The notes: generated by a model not told the origin, from the sequence alone. A stretch of 64,000 bases of DNA from an uncultured Chloroflexia bacterium (GCA_963813535.1 CAWEZH010000002.1:480001-544000); one strand, 5' to 3'. Shown: positions 19,717 through 28,938, counted from the stretch's first letter. Program-made: numbers and translations.

Positions 19717-20376
19717 GTGGATGCAAGAGTCTGTCGTCGGCGCGTGTTCGCCGTCGCCCTAGCTGTCCTACTCCTACCCGTCGTCGCAGGCTCGGTGGCC
19801 GCCGCCGCACACAAGATGACGGTCTGCCATTTCGACAAGGGAGCTGGCACCTTCAAGCCGATCAGCGTCGCGTCATCGCTGAAGCCGAAGAAGCCGGACT
19901 ACGTGGTCGATACGGCGCTCACAGGCAAGACCGTGTACGCGATCGCCTATGCCAACGTGAACGGCGTCGCCGGCTACCAGCCGGCGGGGTGCGACGTCTT
20001 CAGCAGCGCGCTGGTCGAGGCCAGCGGCAACAGCGTTCCCGACGCTGGTGACGAAGTGCTGTACGGGATGTCCCCGACCACCTTCAACGCGCCGTACGGG
20101 TTCGTGGCGTTCCCGACCACCTCGAGAGTCGCCCTGGAGGCCACTTGTGATCGTGCGACGTTCGACACAGCAGGCGATTTCTTCGTCAGGTGGCGATCGC
20201 TCACATCCTTCGAGGATCTAGTCGTCGCCACGGAGACGTTTGTCGCCATCATCCGAGACGACTTCACGGGGGACCTTGAGGACTCGATCTTCATTTCTAG
20301 CCCGTCGGTGTTCGAGGGGCGGGCGCAGCCGACCGACGATGGTTTCCTCGACGTCGACGCTTCCTGCGCGGCTTAG
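19717..20376 (+). CDS. Hypothetical secreted protein
   Basis: GTG after GAGAGGGG. Signal peptide (RRRVFAVALAVLLLPVVAGSVAA), KMTVCH motif, four Cys in the mature part. Confidence 0.65.
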   Translation: MDARVCRRRVFAVALAVLLLPVVAGSVAAAAHKMTVCHFDKGAGTFKPISVASSLKPKKPDYVVDTALTGKTVYAIAYANVNGVAGYQPAGCDVFSSALVEASGNSVPDAGDEVLYGMSPTTFNAPYGFVAFPTTSRVALEATCDRATFDTAGDFFVRWRSLTSFEDLVVATETFVAIIRDDFTGDLEDSIFISSPSVFEGRAQPTDDGFLDVDASCAA

Positions 20377-20384
20377 GAGAGGTG

Positions 20385-20594
20385 TCAATTCGGCAATCGC
20401 CGCTCGCGCCTCCTCCAGCGCCTCTCGTCGACGTGCCGCGGCCACGGACAGCCACGGTAGGACGTCGACCTGCCAGCGCCCGTCCTGGGCGGCCGAGATG
20501 CGATTATCCGGGACGGTCGCCGCGGGAGATTATCCGCCGGGCCCGCCTGGGCCGCGGCCTCTTGCTGTCGCGCCTCGCTCATCCGCCGTGCCAT
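20385..20594 (-). pseudogene. Possible disrupted small ORF
   Basis: Two protein-like frames join in frame if the 26 nt between GATTATCCG direct repeats (20502-20510, 20528-20536) are removed. Confidence 0.25.
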
Positions 20595-20668
20595 GCCCTA
20601 AGTGTGGGGTGAGGGGCGACAGGTAGGTTGTCCCACAAGGCATCCTCGCCGTGCCACGATGCGTCGCG

Positions 20669-21073
20669 ATGGACATTGTCCAGCCGCTGCTGGTGGCAGT
20701 CGGTGTCGTGCTCGCCCTCTGGCTCGTCATGGTCGCCCTGCTCTGGCTCCATCGGCCATCCCGAGATCTCGCCATGCCGGCGCTGCGCGCGCTCCCCGAC
20801 ATCGTTCGACTGGCCAGGCGGCTCCTCGCCGATCCGATGACCCCCACGCGCCACCGGGTCGCGCTTGTGGTGCTGGTGATCTGGCTCGTCAGCCCGATCG
20901 ACCTGCTGCCCGAGTTCCTACCGGGCATCGGCCCTCTCGATGACATCGTCGCGGCCGCCGTCATCCTCGGCTGGGTCGGTCGACAGACCGGGACGGCGCG
21001 TCTCCGGGAGCTGTGGCCGGGCGACGAGGCGAGCTTCACCCTCGTGGCACGGATGCTGCGACTTCCAGCGTGA
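20669..21073 (+). CDS. YkvA/DUF1232-family membrane protein
   Basis: WLVSPIDLLPEFLPGIGPLDD signature. Confidence 0.9.
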   Translation: MDIVQPLLVAVGVVLALWLVMVALLWLHRPSRDLAMPALRALPDIVRLARRLLADPMTPTRHRVALVVLVIWLVSPIDLLPEFLPGIGPLDDIVAAAVILGWVGRQTGTARLRELWPGDEASFTLVARMLRLPA

Positions 21074-21138
21074 TGGGGGCCTGGCGATCATCGGCCCGGG
21101 TTATCGTTTGGCGAGGAGGCCCAAGGAACGACGTGCGA

Positions 21139-21408
21139 ATGGCAGACCTCAAGCCTGGCTGGACCGTGGTTGGGAACGACGGACGCTCGGTGGGAACGGT
21201 CAGGGACGTGGGTCAGAACTACGTCCTCACCTCCACCGGGCCGACGGGCGACATCTACGTTCCCGCATCGGCCATCGCCAATGTCGAGCACGAAGTCGTG
21301 CACCTTTCGGTCGCGCAGCGCGACGTGTCGCAGATGGGCTGGGAACAGCCACCGCGCGGCGACGATGCCCCAGCGACACCCGAGGCGGACCTACATCGGC
21401 ACGTCTGA
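21139..21408 (+). CDS. DUF2171/PRC-barrel-like small protein
   Basis: GWTVVGNDGRSVGTV..IYVPASAIANVE..VHLSV. Confidence 0.75.
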   Translation: MADLKPGWTVVGNDGRSVGTVRDVGQNYVLTSTGPTGDIYVPASAIANVEHEVVHLSVAQRDVSQMGWEQPPRGDDAPATPEADLHRHV

Positions 21409-21413
21409 CCGGG

Positions 21414-22631
21414 TCAGGCGCCTGCACCGCGATGGCTTCGGCCCTGGTGACCGACCGCCTTGCCGATGCGGCGACCGACGAGTGCGACGGTGGGCATCGG
21501 GTCGCGGAGCGATAGCACGCCGAAATCGCGCGTCCCACGCCAGCTCCGCAGGACGGCCCCGACCGATACGTCGTGGCGCCGCACCCGGCGCCACGATGCC
21601 CGAGCCTCCCGGAACGGGATCATGCATTTGCGCCCATCGACCTGCTCAGGTTGGGGACCGAGCGGGAGACCGGCAAGCGTCGCGTAGAGCCGCCACGACC
21701 CATCGACCCCACAGGCGTCCGCCAGCCCGAAGTTGGCCGGGATGCGGACGTTGACTTCGATCAGGTACAGCTGGCCGTCGCGGGCGTTGCGCTTTGTCTC
21801 GCACGACGCGATGCCGTGATAGCCGGCGTGGCCGAGCAGCTTCTGGCTGATGGCCATCGTGCCCGGCACGCGAGCCGCCTGATTGAGTGAGCCGACCCCG
21901 TAGTCGGGTGGCCACTGGCGGATCTTGCGCCGGCCGTATTCGAGCGTGTAGTAGCCGTCGTCGCGCCGCACGGTGACGGCCGCCTCGAGGCGATGTTCAC
22001 GTCCCGGGACGACGTCGGTCAGCAGGAAGTCGATGCCATGGTCGAACAGGAGTGCGGCGCGCTCCAGGAGGTCGCGACGAGTCGTGACCAGCACGGTCCC
22101 GAACCCGACCTCGACCTTGGCCAGATGTCCTAGCCGCGCCTTGAGCACCCGCGGGAAGCGGAGCCCGGGCAGCAGCGCCATCAGGTCACCGCGATCACGC
22201 ACGTGGTGGAACGCCGGGACGCGGACGCCGATGGAGGCGGCCGTGCGGTACAGCTCGAGCTTGTCCATCAGCTCGACGTGCACGCGATCGCCCGATTCGA
22301 AGCTGCGCAAATTGGCTGGTAGGCGCGAGCGGTACTCGGTCAGCCACTCGCTCGCCGAGTCCGATCCGGACAGGACGACGCCGCCGCCCGACTCGCCGAG
22401 CTCGCTCAGGGCGTCGAACCACGGCGCCGGATCGCGCAGCGGCTCGGGCAGGACCTCGCCCTCGACACCCCGACTCGCGGTCACGTAGCTGTACTCGGGG
22501 CTGGTCAGGACATGGACATCGACGCCGCGCCGATGCAGGGCCCGGGCGAGAGTGAGGCAGCCGTCGTTCGGCTGGAGGATGATCGCGCGCGGCAGCGCGG
22601 ACTCCTCGCCGGTTCCCGGCAGAGCGCTCAT
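21414..22631 (-). CDS. ATP-grasp carboxylate-amine ligase (D-aspartate ligase-like)
   Basis: LMDKLELY..GVRVP, FPRVLK, RKIRQWPPDYGVG, ETKRNARDG..LIEVNVR. Confidence 0.85.
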   Translation of the reverse strand: MSALPGTGEESALPRAIILQPNDGCLTLARALHRRGVDVHVLTSPEYSYVTASRGVEGEVLPEPLRDPAPWFDALSELGESGGGVVLSGSDSASEWLTEYRSRLPANLRSFESGDRVHVELMDKLELYRTAASIGVRVPAFHHVRDRGDLMALLPGLRFPRVLKARLGHLAKVEVGFGTVLVTTRRDLLERAALLFDHGIDFLLTDVVPGREHRLEAAVTVRRDDGYYTLEYGRRKIRQWPPDYGVGSLNQAARVPGTMAISQKLLGHAGYHGIASCETKRNARDGQLYLIEVNVRIPANFGLADACGVDGSWRLYATLAGLPLGPQPEQVDGRKCMIPFREARASWRRVRRHDVSVGAVLRSWRGTRDFGVLSLRDPMPTVALVGRRIGKAVGHQGRSHRGAGA

Positions 22632-22693
22632 GCGGGGTCGGCGTCACCATCCCGCGGGCGCCGCCGCGCTGCGTGATCCCTGGTGGTCGTCAC
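22628..22693 (-). CDS. Putative 21-aa small ORF (MTTTRDHAARRRPRDGDADPA) coupled to the ATP-grasp gene
   Basis: SD GGAGGAG just upstream of GTG 22693; its TGA overlaps the ligase ATG (ATGA). Confidence 0.4.
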   Translation of the reverse strand: MTTTRDHAARRRPRDGDADPA

Positions 22694-22823
22694 GTCCTGC
22701 TCCTCCGTCCGGGGGCTCGTCCCGTCGCACCATTCTGACCCGGCGCTCCTAACGGCTCGCTTGCGCGGAGGTGTGGATCGGGCGAACGGCACCTTGCAAC
22801 GGGAGGTCGGGTGGAACGCGCAC

Positions 22824-22832
22824 TGCTAGACT
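22824..22832 (+). promoter_or_regulatory. Extended -10 element upstream of lemA
   Basis: TGCTAGACT; the identical 9-mer lies upstream of rpsF at 31084-31092. Confidence 0.55.
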
Positions 22833-22880
22833 CAACCCCGATGGCCGCGCCGCGATGGCGCGCCCGACCGGAGGAGGGGC

Positions 22881-23450
22881 ATGGATCTCGCTCCCATCAT
22901 CATCATCGCGATCATCGTCCTGCTCGTCGTGTTCGCGATCGGGATCTACAACTCCCTGGTCCAGAAGCGGTTGCGGATCGATGAGGCGTTCGCCCAGATC
23001 GAGGTCCAGCTCAAGCGGCGCCATGACCTGATCCCGAACCTCGTGAACGCGGTCAAGGGCTACATGGGGTTCGAGCAGAAGGTCCTGACTGACGTCACCA
23101 ACGCCCGTGCCGCGGCTGTCGCCGCCGGCGCCCAGGGCCCCGCGCAGCAGGCTGCCGCCGAGAACGCGCTGACGGGCACGCTGCGATCGCTGTTCGCCGT
23201 CGTGGAGAACTATCCGGAACTCAAGGCGAACCAGAACGTGCTTGAACTCCAGGAGCAGCTGACGACGACCGAGAACCAGATCTCGTTCTCGCGCCAGCAC
23301 TACAACGCCTCGGTCCTCGACTACAACACGGGCATCGCCACGTTCCCGAACATGTTGCTGGCCGGACCCTTCGGGTTCACGAAGCGGGAGTTCTTCGATG
23401 CCGAACCCGAGGCCGCGAACGTCCCGAACGTGGATCTCAGCCTGAGCTGA
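22881..23450 (+). CDS. lemA: LemA family protein
   Basis: YNSLV, QLKRRHDLIPNLV, VENYPELKA, TFP; GGAGGAGG SD. Confidence 0.96.
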   Translation: MDLAPIIIIAIIVLLVVFAIGIYNSLVQKRLRIDEAFAQIEVQLKRRHDLIPNLVNAVKGYMGFEQKVLTDVTNARAAAVAAGAQGPAQQAAAENALTGTLRSLFAVVENYPELKANQNVLELQEQLTTTENQISFSRQHYNASVLDYNTGIATFPNMLLAGPFGFTKREFFDAEPEAANVPNVDLSLS

Positions 23451-23472
23451 TCGTCGGACCGCGGGAGGCACC

Positions 23473-24450
23473 GTGGCCCGGGAATCCTTCTACAAACAGA
23501 TCTCCGCCAACCGGCGGAACTCGTTCCTCATGGCGGCGTTCGTCGTCGTCCTGCTCGCGCTCCTCGGCTTCACCATCGGGTATGCCGTGTTCGGGTCGCC
23601 GGCAGGGGCCGTGGGAACGATGCTCGTGGCCATCCTTCTCGGTGGCCTGAGCGGCACCTTCACGTACTTCGCCGGGGACTCGCTTGTGCTCGCGGTGAGC
23701 GGTGCGCGCCAGGTCGACGAGACGCAGGCGCCGCAGCTCACGAACGTCGTCCGCGAGCTGTCGATCGCCGCGAATATCCCGATGCCCAAGGTCTACCTGA
23801 TCGACGACACCGCCCCGAACGCCTTCGCGACGGGACGGGATCCTGCGCATGCCTCGGTGGCGATCACGACGGGTCTCCTCGAGAAGCTCGACCGAGAGGA
23901 GCTGCAAGGCGTCATCGGCCATGAGCTGTCGCACGTTCGCAACTACGACATCCGGTTCTCGCTGATCGTCGCGGTGATGGTGGGCGTCATCGCGATCCTC
24001 GCCGACTTCTTCCTGCGCTTCACGTTCTGGGGCGGCGCCGGTCGCTCGCGGGACCGCGACGGGGGTGGGGGAGGGGCGCAGGCAGTCATCTTCATCATCG
24101 CGATCGCCCTCGCGATCCTGGCCCCGCTGATCTCGCGGTTCATCCAGCTCGCGGTGTCCCGCCAGCGGGAGTACCTCGCCGATGCCTCGTCCGTGGAGCT
24201 GACCCGGAACCCCTACGGGCTCGAGCGCGCGCTGGCCAAGATCTCAGCCGACAAGGAGGTGCTGGAGGTCGCCAACCGGGGGACGCAGCACCTCTATTTC
24301 ACGAACCCCATCAAGCGCTTCGAGAAGCGGTCATCGAACCTGATGTCGACCCATCCGGCGATCATCGACCGCGTGAACCGGTTGCGGCAGCTGACAGGAG
24401 AACCGCCGCTGGGCGACGCCGAACAGGCGCAGCTCGCCGGCCTGGAGTAG
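23473..24450 (+). CDS. htpX: HtpX-like M48 zinc metalloprotease
   Basis: PNAFATG, HELSH, SRQREYLAD, STHP. Confidence 0.93.
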   Translation: MARESFYKQISANRRNSFLMAAFVVVLLALLGFTIGYAVFGSPAGAVGTMLVAILLGGLSGTFTYFAGDSLVLAVSGARQVDETQAPQLTNVVRELSIAANIPMPKVYLIDDTAPNAFATGRDPAHASVAITTGLLEKLDREELQGVIGHELSHVRNYDIRFSLIVAVMVGVIAILADFFLRFTFWGGAGRSRDRDGGGGGAQAVIFIIAIALAILAPLISRFIQLAVSRQREYLADASSVELTRNPYGLERALAKISADKEVLEVANRGTQHLYFTNPIKRFEKRSSNLMSTHPAIIDRVNRLRQLTGEPPLGDAEQAQLAGLE

Positions 24451-24530
24451 GGCGCCCGTCGTGGCGTCCCGTCGAAGGCCCGTGGTATCCTGCGCTCCGC
24501 CGACGGACAGCCAGTGCGGTTGACCATCGA

Positions 24531-24606
24531 GCCGAGGTAGCTCAGTCGGTAGAGCACGCGACTGAAAATCGCGGTGTCGCCAGTTCGATCCTGGCCCTCG
24601 GCACCA
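24531..24606 (+). tRNA. tRNA-Phe (GAA)
   Basis: Cloverleaf with loop CTGAAAA and CCA; TGGTATCCT extended -10 at 24483-24491. Confidence 0.97.
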
Positions 24607-24630
24607 CTCCTCGAGGGTGGGCGACATCGA

Positions 24631-24706
24631 GCGGAAGTGGCTCAGTTGGTAGAGCATCACCTTGCCAAGGTGAGGGTCGCGGGTTCGAGTCCCGTCTTCC
24701 GCTCCA
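24631..24706 (+). tRNA. tRNA-Gly (GCC)
   Basis: GCGGAAG/CTTCCGC acceptor stem, loop TTGCCAA, TCCA end. Confidence 0.97.
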
Positions 24707-24728
24707 GTATCCTCCCCGAAGGCCCCGC

Positions 24729-24802
24729 TGCCCCTTCGTCTAGTGGTAGGACAGCGGACTTTGGATCCGTGAACCGAGGTTCGAATCCTCGAGGGGCAGC
24801 CA
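24729..24802 (+). tRNA. tRNA-Gln (TTG)
   Basis: TGCCCCT/AGGGGCA acceptor stem, loop CTTTGGA, GCCA end. Confidence 0.96.
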
Positions 24803-24834
24803 GCACCGCCTCTTGATGCGGCGCACCCCGTCGG

Positions 24835-24911
24835 GGCGACGTGGTGAAGTGGTTCAACACGGGGGTCTGCAAAACCCCTATTCACCGGTTCGAATCCGGT
24901 CGTCGCCTCCA
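24835..24911 (+). tRNA. tRNA-Cys (GCA)
   Basis: GGCGACG/CGTCGCC acceptor stem, loop CTGCAAA, U73 discriminator plus CCA. Confidence 0.96.
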
Positions 24912-24941
24912 ATCCCCCCTGATCCCACCCGGGCATGGGCA

Positions 24942-24968
24942 CGGCCCGCTGACGATGCCAGCGGGCCG
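24942..24968. terminator. Hairpin between the convergent tRNA cluster and FAD oxidoreductase
   Basis: CGGCCCGCTG-acgatgc-CAGCGGGCCG perfect 10-bp stem; no U-tract. Confidence 0.5.
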
Positions 24969-24999
24969 CTCCGTGATGCGCGGTGAGGGTGACCGGCGG

Positions 25000-26385
25000 T
25001 CAGCTCGTCGCGGGCGGCACGTTCTGGTTGAGCCGGAACAGGTTCTCTGGGTCGTAGACCGACTTGATCGCGGCGAGCCGATCCCACGTTGCGCCGGGAT
25101 AGGCCGCGCGCGCGCCGGCCTCGCCCTCGTCGCCGACGAAGTTCACGTATTCGCCGGAGTCGCCCTGGTCGATGGCCGCAGCGAACTCGTCGAGCCACGC
25201 CTGTCGGCGGGCCTTCTCGTCGTCGCCCTCGTAGAACGCGGCGAGGTTGACCATGATCTTGGACGCCCGGTGGGCGTAGGCCGTCGCGTCGACCGGCACG
25301 CGCGCCGCGGCGCCGCCGATGACGCGAAGCTGCGACACGCGCATCTCGGCATCTGACGCGGTCAGGAACTTCACGATCGTCTGCGCGACGGGCAGGTCGA
25401 CGTGGTCGATGAACATCGTCTTCGCCACCGCGGTCGGGTGATAGTCCGGATCCTCGGGCGGGAACATCTCGGGGTAGGGGATGGGCTTGACCATGTCGGC
25501 GAGTGGCTCGGCGAGGGCACGGAACGGGGCCATGGCACGGTCACCGCCCGAGGCATCGCCAGAGTAGGCAAGCATGCCGAGGATCACGAGCGAGCCGTGA
25601 TGCTCCTCGGCGATGAACGGCATCGGCGGGCAGGGCATCACATTGGCGATGGTCGACACCTCGTCGGGGGCCGCTTCGGCCGCCGCGATGAACCCGGCGA
25701 TCGACTCCGCGGTCGCTGGCAGCACAAGCATCCCGCCGACCACGCCGTCGAGCTCGTGGAGCCGCAGCTTGAAGCGGGTCACGACTCCGGCGTTGCCGCC
25801 CCCGCCGCGAATCGCCCAGAACAGGTCGGGCTCGTACTCTGCGTCAACGGTCCGCACCTGGCCGTCGGCGGTCACGATCTCGGCAGCAAGCAGGTTGTCG
25901 ATGGTCAGGCCGTGCTTGCGCACGAGGTACCCGACCCCTCCGCCGGTGATCAGCCCGCCAAGGCCGACCGAGCCCGTGTCGCCGAAGCCGGTGGCCAGCC
26001 CGTGCTGTGCCGCGGCCGCGGTATAGGTCCCGGCGGTCACTCCGCTGCCCACCCAGGCGGTTCGTCCCGAAACGTCGATGTCGAGGTCGTCGAGGTCGCG
26101 CACGTCGATGACGATGCCGCCATCCGTCGCGCTGTGACCGGCGCCGCTGTGGCCGCCGCTGCGTACGGCGAGCTCGAGACCGGTCGCACGCGCCGTCGCG
26201 ATCACGGTGGCCACGTCAGCGGCATCGGCCACGCGGACGATGACGGCCGGTCGCCGATCGATACCGCCGGCCAGGACGGTCCGGGCCGCGTCGTAGTCGC
26301 TGTCATCCGGGGTGATCACCCGACCGCGGACGGCCTCGGCGAGGGTCGGGATGGACAGTGTCGGGCTTGTCTGGGTCACGGACAT
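25000..26385 (-). CDS. FAD-binding oxidoreductase (VAO/BBE family)
   Basis: VRSGGHS covalent-FAD motif, GGGVGYL, WAIRGGGGN, YVNF, KSVYDPENLFRLN; ATG 26385 with GAGGAG SD. Confidence 0.93.
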   Translation of the reverse strand: MSVTQTSPTLSIPTLAEAVRGRVITPDDSDYDAARTVLAGGIDRRPAVIVRVADAADVATVIATARATGLELAVRSGGHSGAGHSATDGGIVIDVRDLDDLDIDVSGRTAWVGSGVTAGTYTAAAAQHGLATGFGDTGSVGLGGLITGGGVGYLVRKHGLTIDNLLAAEIVTADGQVRTVDAEYEPDLFWAIRGGGGNAGVVTRFKLRLHELDGVVGGMLVLPATAESIAGFIAAAEAAPDEVSTIANVMPCPPMPFIAEEHHGSLVILGMLAYSGDASGGDRAMAPFRALAEPLADMVKPIPYPEMFPPEDPDYHPTAVAKTMFIDHVDLPVAQTIVKFLTASDAEMRVSQLRVIGGAAARVPVDATAYAHRASKIMVNLAAFYEGDDEKARRQAWLDEFAAAIDQGDSGEYVNFVGDEGEAGARAAYPGATWDRLAAIKSVYDPENLFRLNQNVPPATS

Positions 26386-26501
26386 CGATGTCTCCTCACG
26401 GCCTTGCTGGGAGGGTATGGCGGCGAGATCAACGCGACATTGCATCCCCGTATCGGCCGTCCTCTACGATGCCTGCGCCACCGAGTCGCAGCGAGGTACC
26501 G

Positions 26502-27200
26502 ATGGACATCCGGCAGGTCACGGCCGTGCTGCTGATCGTCGTCCCGGTCCTGTTCAACGTCGCGTTCTTCGAGCTGGGCCGCGCCTTCGACTACCCGGCC
26601 ATCCTTCGTCGCGAGCCCGACGAGATCCTGCGGCGCTTCGCGGCCGGCGGTTCCGGTCTGCTCTTGCGCTGGCATCTGCTGTTCCTCAGCGCCCTGGCGA
26701 TGCTGCCCATCGCGGTCCTGCTGGCCGTCGTACTCGACGCCGGGCCGGCCCTGACGGCATTGTCGATGGTCGTCGGTGTCGTCGCCGCGCTCGTCGAGGG
26801 TTTAGGGCTCGCCCGCTGGCCGTTCGCCGTCCCAGAGCTCGCGCGCCGCTACCTCGCAGCGGAGGGGCCCGACGCCGAGGCGACGCGGCGATCGGTCGAG
26901 GTCGCATTCGCCGTCCTCCATCGATATCTCGGCGTGGGAGTTGGCGAGCATCTCGGGTACATGGCGACCGGGCTCTGGACGATCCTCGTCGCGATCTCGA
27001 TCGCCACGGGAGCCATCGTGCCCGTCTGGCTGGCGATCGCCGGGGCGATCATCGGCGTGGCCCTGCTGATCGGGACGCTCGAGTTCGTCGGACCGAACGA
27101 ACGGGAGGGCTGGGAGCTGGCCGGGACGATCGTGCCGATCGCCTACATCGGCTGGTCGGTCTGGCTGGTCGTGCTCGGGGTCGTCCTGCTCATCTCCTAG
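26502..27200 (+). CDS. DUF4386-like multi-pass membrane protein
   Basis: FDYPAILR, GLARWPFAVP, GVGVGEHLGY; ATG 26502 after GAGG. Confidence 0.8.
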   Translation: MDIRQVTAVLLIVVPVLFNVAFFELGRAFDYPAILRREPDEILRRFAAGGSGLLLRWHLLFLSALAMLPIAVLLAVVLDAGPALTALSMVVGVVAALVEGLGLARWPFAVPELARRYLAAEGPDAEATRRSVEVAFAVLHRYLGVGVGEHLGYMATGLWTILVAISIATGAIVPVWLAIAGAIIGVALLIGTLEFVGPNEREGWELAGTIVPIAYIGWSVWLVVLGVVLLIS

Positions 27201-27225
27201 GTCCGGCGACTACGATGTCGCCCCG

Positions 27226-27312
27226 GCCGGAGTGGCGGAACTGGCAGACGCAGCGGACTTAAACTCCGCGGCCCGCAAGGGCGTTCGAGTTCGAATCTCG
27301 GCTCCGGCACCA
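27226..27312 (+). tRNA. tRNA-Leu (TAA)
   Basis: GCCGGAG/CTCCGGC acceptor stem, loop CTTAAAC, variable arm, CCA. Confidence 0.96.
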
Positions 27313-27441
27313 AGAATGGCTACAGAAATAGTGACGCGTGATACAGGCACCATTTGGGGCCTTGTGTGAAGGGCTCCGTAGCGGAGCCGACCTCGACGAG
27401 CGAGGCCCGATGGGTCCGCGCCGCACGCGAAACACCGTTGC

Positions 27442-28194
27442 GTGGTGACACCACCCAGGGCCACGGCGCAGACACCCCAACCCATAACCTGCGCGAATGA
27501 GCCGACGGTCGTGCTCGCGTTCGACACCTCGCTGTCGATGGAGGCGACGGACGTGACCCCCAGCCGCATCGTGGCCGCCCGAGACGCCGCCCATCGGTTC
27601 ATCGATGTCGTCCCCGCGGGTGTCCACGTGGGCCTGGTCGCGTTCCACGAGACGGCACGGGTCGTCATCCCGCCGACGACCTCGAAGATGGTCCTTGACC
27701 GGGCGATCGACCGGTTGTCTTTGGGCCAGGGCACGGCGATCGGCGAGGCGATCTATGCCTCGCTGGACCTGCTCGAGTCGGACACGCCCGCGGATGCTGA
27801 TGTCACCGGCGCCGGGTCGATCGTGCTGATGTCGGACGGTGACACGACGACCGGACGACCGGAGGAGGAGGACGCCCGTGACGCAGAGCGTCGTGGTGTC
27901 AAGGTCAGCACGGTCGCCTTCGGCACCGACCATGGCTCGGTGGTGGTCGACTTCATGCCCGTGCCGGTCCCGGTCGACCGCGATGCGCTGCGCCGCATCG
28001 CCGAGACCACTGGTGGCAAGGCCTTCGAAGCCGACTCGGCCGAGGAGATCGTGTCCCTGTTCGAGGACATCGGCGAAGGGGTCGGCACACGGACGGAGCC
28101 GCGGGAGATCACCGACGGCCTCGCCCTCGCCGCACTCGTGGCGGCAGCTGTCGCCACGGCCGGCTCGCTTGCCTGGTTCGCTCGCATCTCGTGA
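27442..28194 (+). CDS. VWA-domain protein, apparently 5'-truncated
   Basis: MIDAS DTSLS, GTAIG, LMSDG, TGG, C-terminal TM. No N-terminal TM region and no clear SD. Confidence 0.7.
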   Translation: MVTPPRATAQTPQPITCANEPTVVLAFDTSLSMEATDVTPSRIVAARDAAHRFIDVVPAGVHVGLVAFHETARVVIPPTTSKMVLDRAIDRLSLGQGTAIGEAIYASLDLLESDTPADADVTGAGSIVLMSDGDTTTGRPEEEDARDAERRGVKVSTVAFGTDHGSVVVDFMPVPVPVDRDALRRIAETTGGKAFEADSAEEIVSLFEDIGEGVGTRTEPREITDGLALAALVAAAVATAGSLAWFARIS

Positions 28195-28263
28195 CGAGGA
28201 CTTGACGAACATACCGACGGGCATCCGGGCGCCCGGTGAGCGGTAGGCGGCTAGTCTCATGCG

Positions 28264-28938
28264 ATGCCTCGCCCGTCACCTGCCGATCGCCGCGCCTTCG
28301 TTCGGCGAAACACGCGCATCCAGCCCGTGCCCGACGCACCGGGGGTCCACCTGCACCTCGCCGACGACGTGGCGGTCGCGTATCGCCACGCCGCCGCGGA
28401 ACTGGGCGAGTCCGACCCGGGCCTGCCGTTCTGGGCGTTCGCGTGGGCGGGCGGCCTCGGCATCGCCCGCTATCTCGGGGAGCATCCCGACGAGGTGGCC
28501 GGCCGTCGCGTCGTCGATGTCGCTTCGGGATCAGGGCTCTGTGCCATCGTCGCCGCGCGCGCGGGAGCCAGCTCGGTGCGGGCGGTCGATATCGATCCGC
28601 TCTCGGAGGCCGCGGTAGCCCTCAACGCCCGGGTCAATGGGGTCCGGGTCGGGTTCACCCGCAGCGACCCGCTCGCTGGACCCCCGCCGTCATGCGACGT
28701 GATCCTTGCCGGCGACGTCTGCTACGAGCAGACCATGGGCAGTCGCATGATCGATTGGCTCCGGATGGCAGCGGCGCATGGCACGCGCGTGCTGGTCGGC
28801 GACCCGGGACGGAAATACCTGCCACCGGGGCTCGAGCGATTGGCGACTTACCAGGTCACGACGACGCGGGAACTCGAGGACCGGACGCTGAAGCAGACGT
28901 CGGTGTTCACGATCCCGGCAGCGGGATCCGGTCCGTGA
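28264..28938 (+). CDS. Class I SAM-dependent methyltransferase (PrmA/ETFB-lysine MTase-like)
   Basis: PFWAFAWAGG, VDVASGSG, VDID, LAGDVCY, GDPGR. Confidence 0.88.
   Translation: MPRPSPADRRAFVRRNTRIQPVPDAPGVHLHLADDVAVAYRHAAAELGESDPGLPFWAFAWAGGLGIARYLGEHPDEVAGRRVVDVASGSGLCAIVAARAGASSVRAVDIDPLSEAAVALNARVNGVRVGFTRSDPLAGPPPSCDVILAGDVCYEQTMGSRMIDWLRMAAAHGTRVLVGDPGRKYLPPGLERLATYQVTTTRELEDRTLKQTSVFTIPAAGSGP

Noticed and set aside
19217-27312. Prophage or integrative element at the tRNA loci
   Set aside because: No integrase, transposase or phage genes, and no duplicated tRNA 3' end seen.
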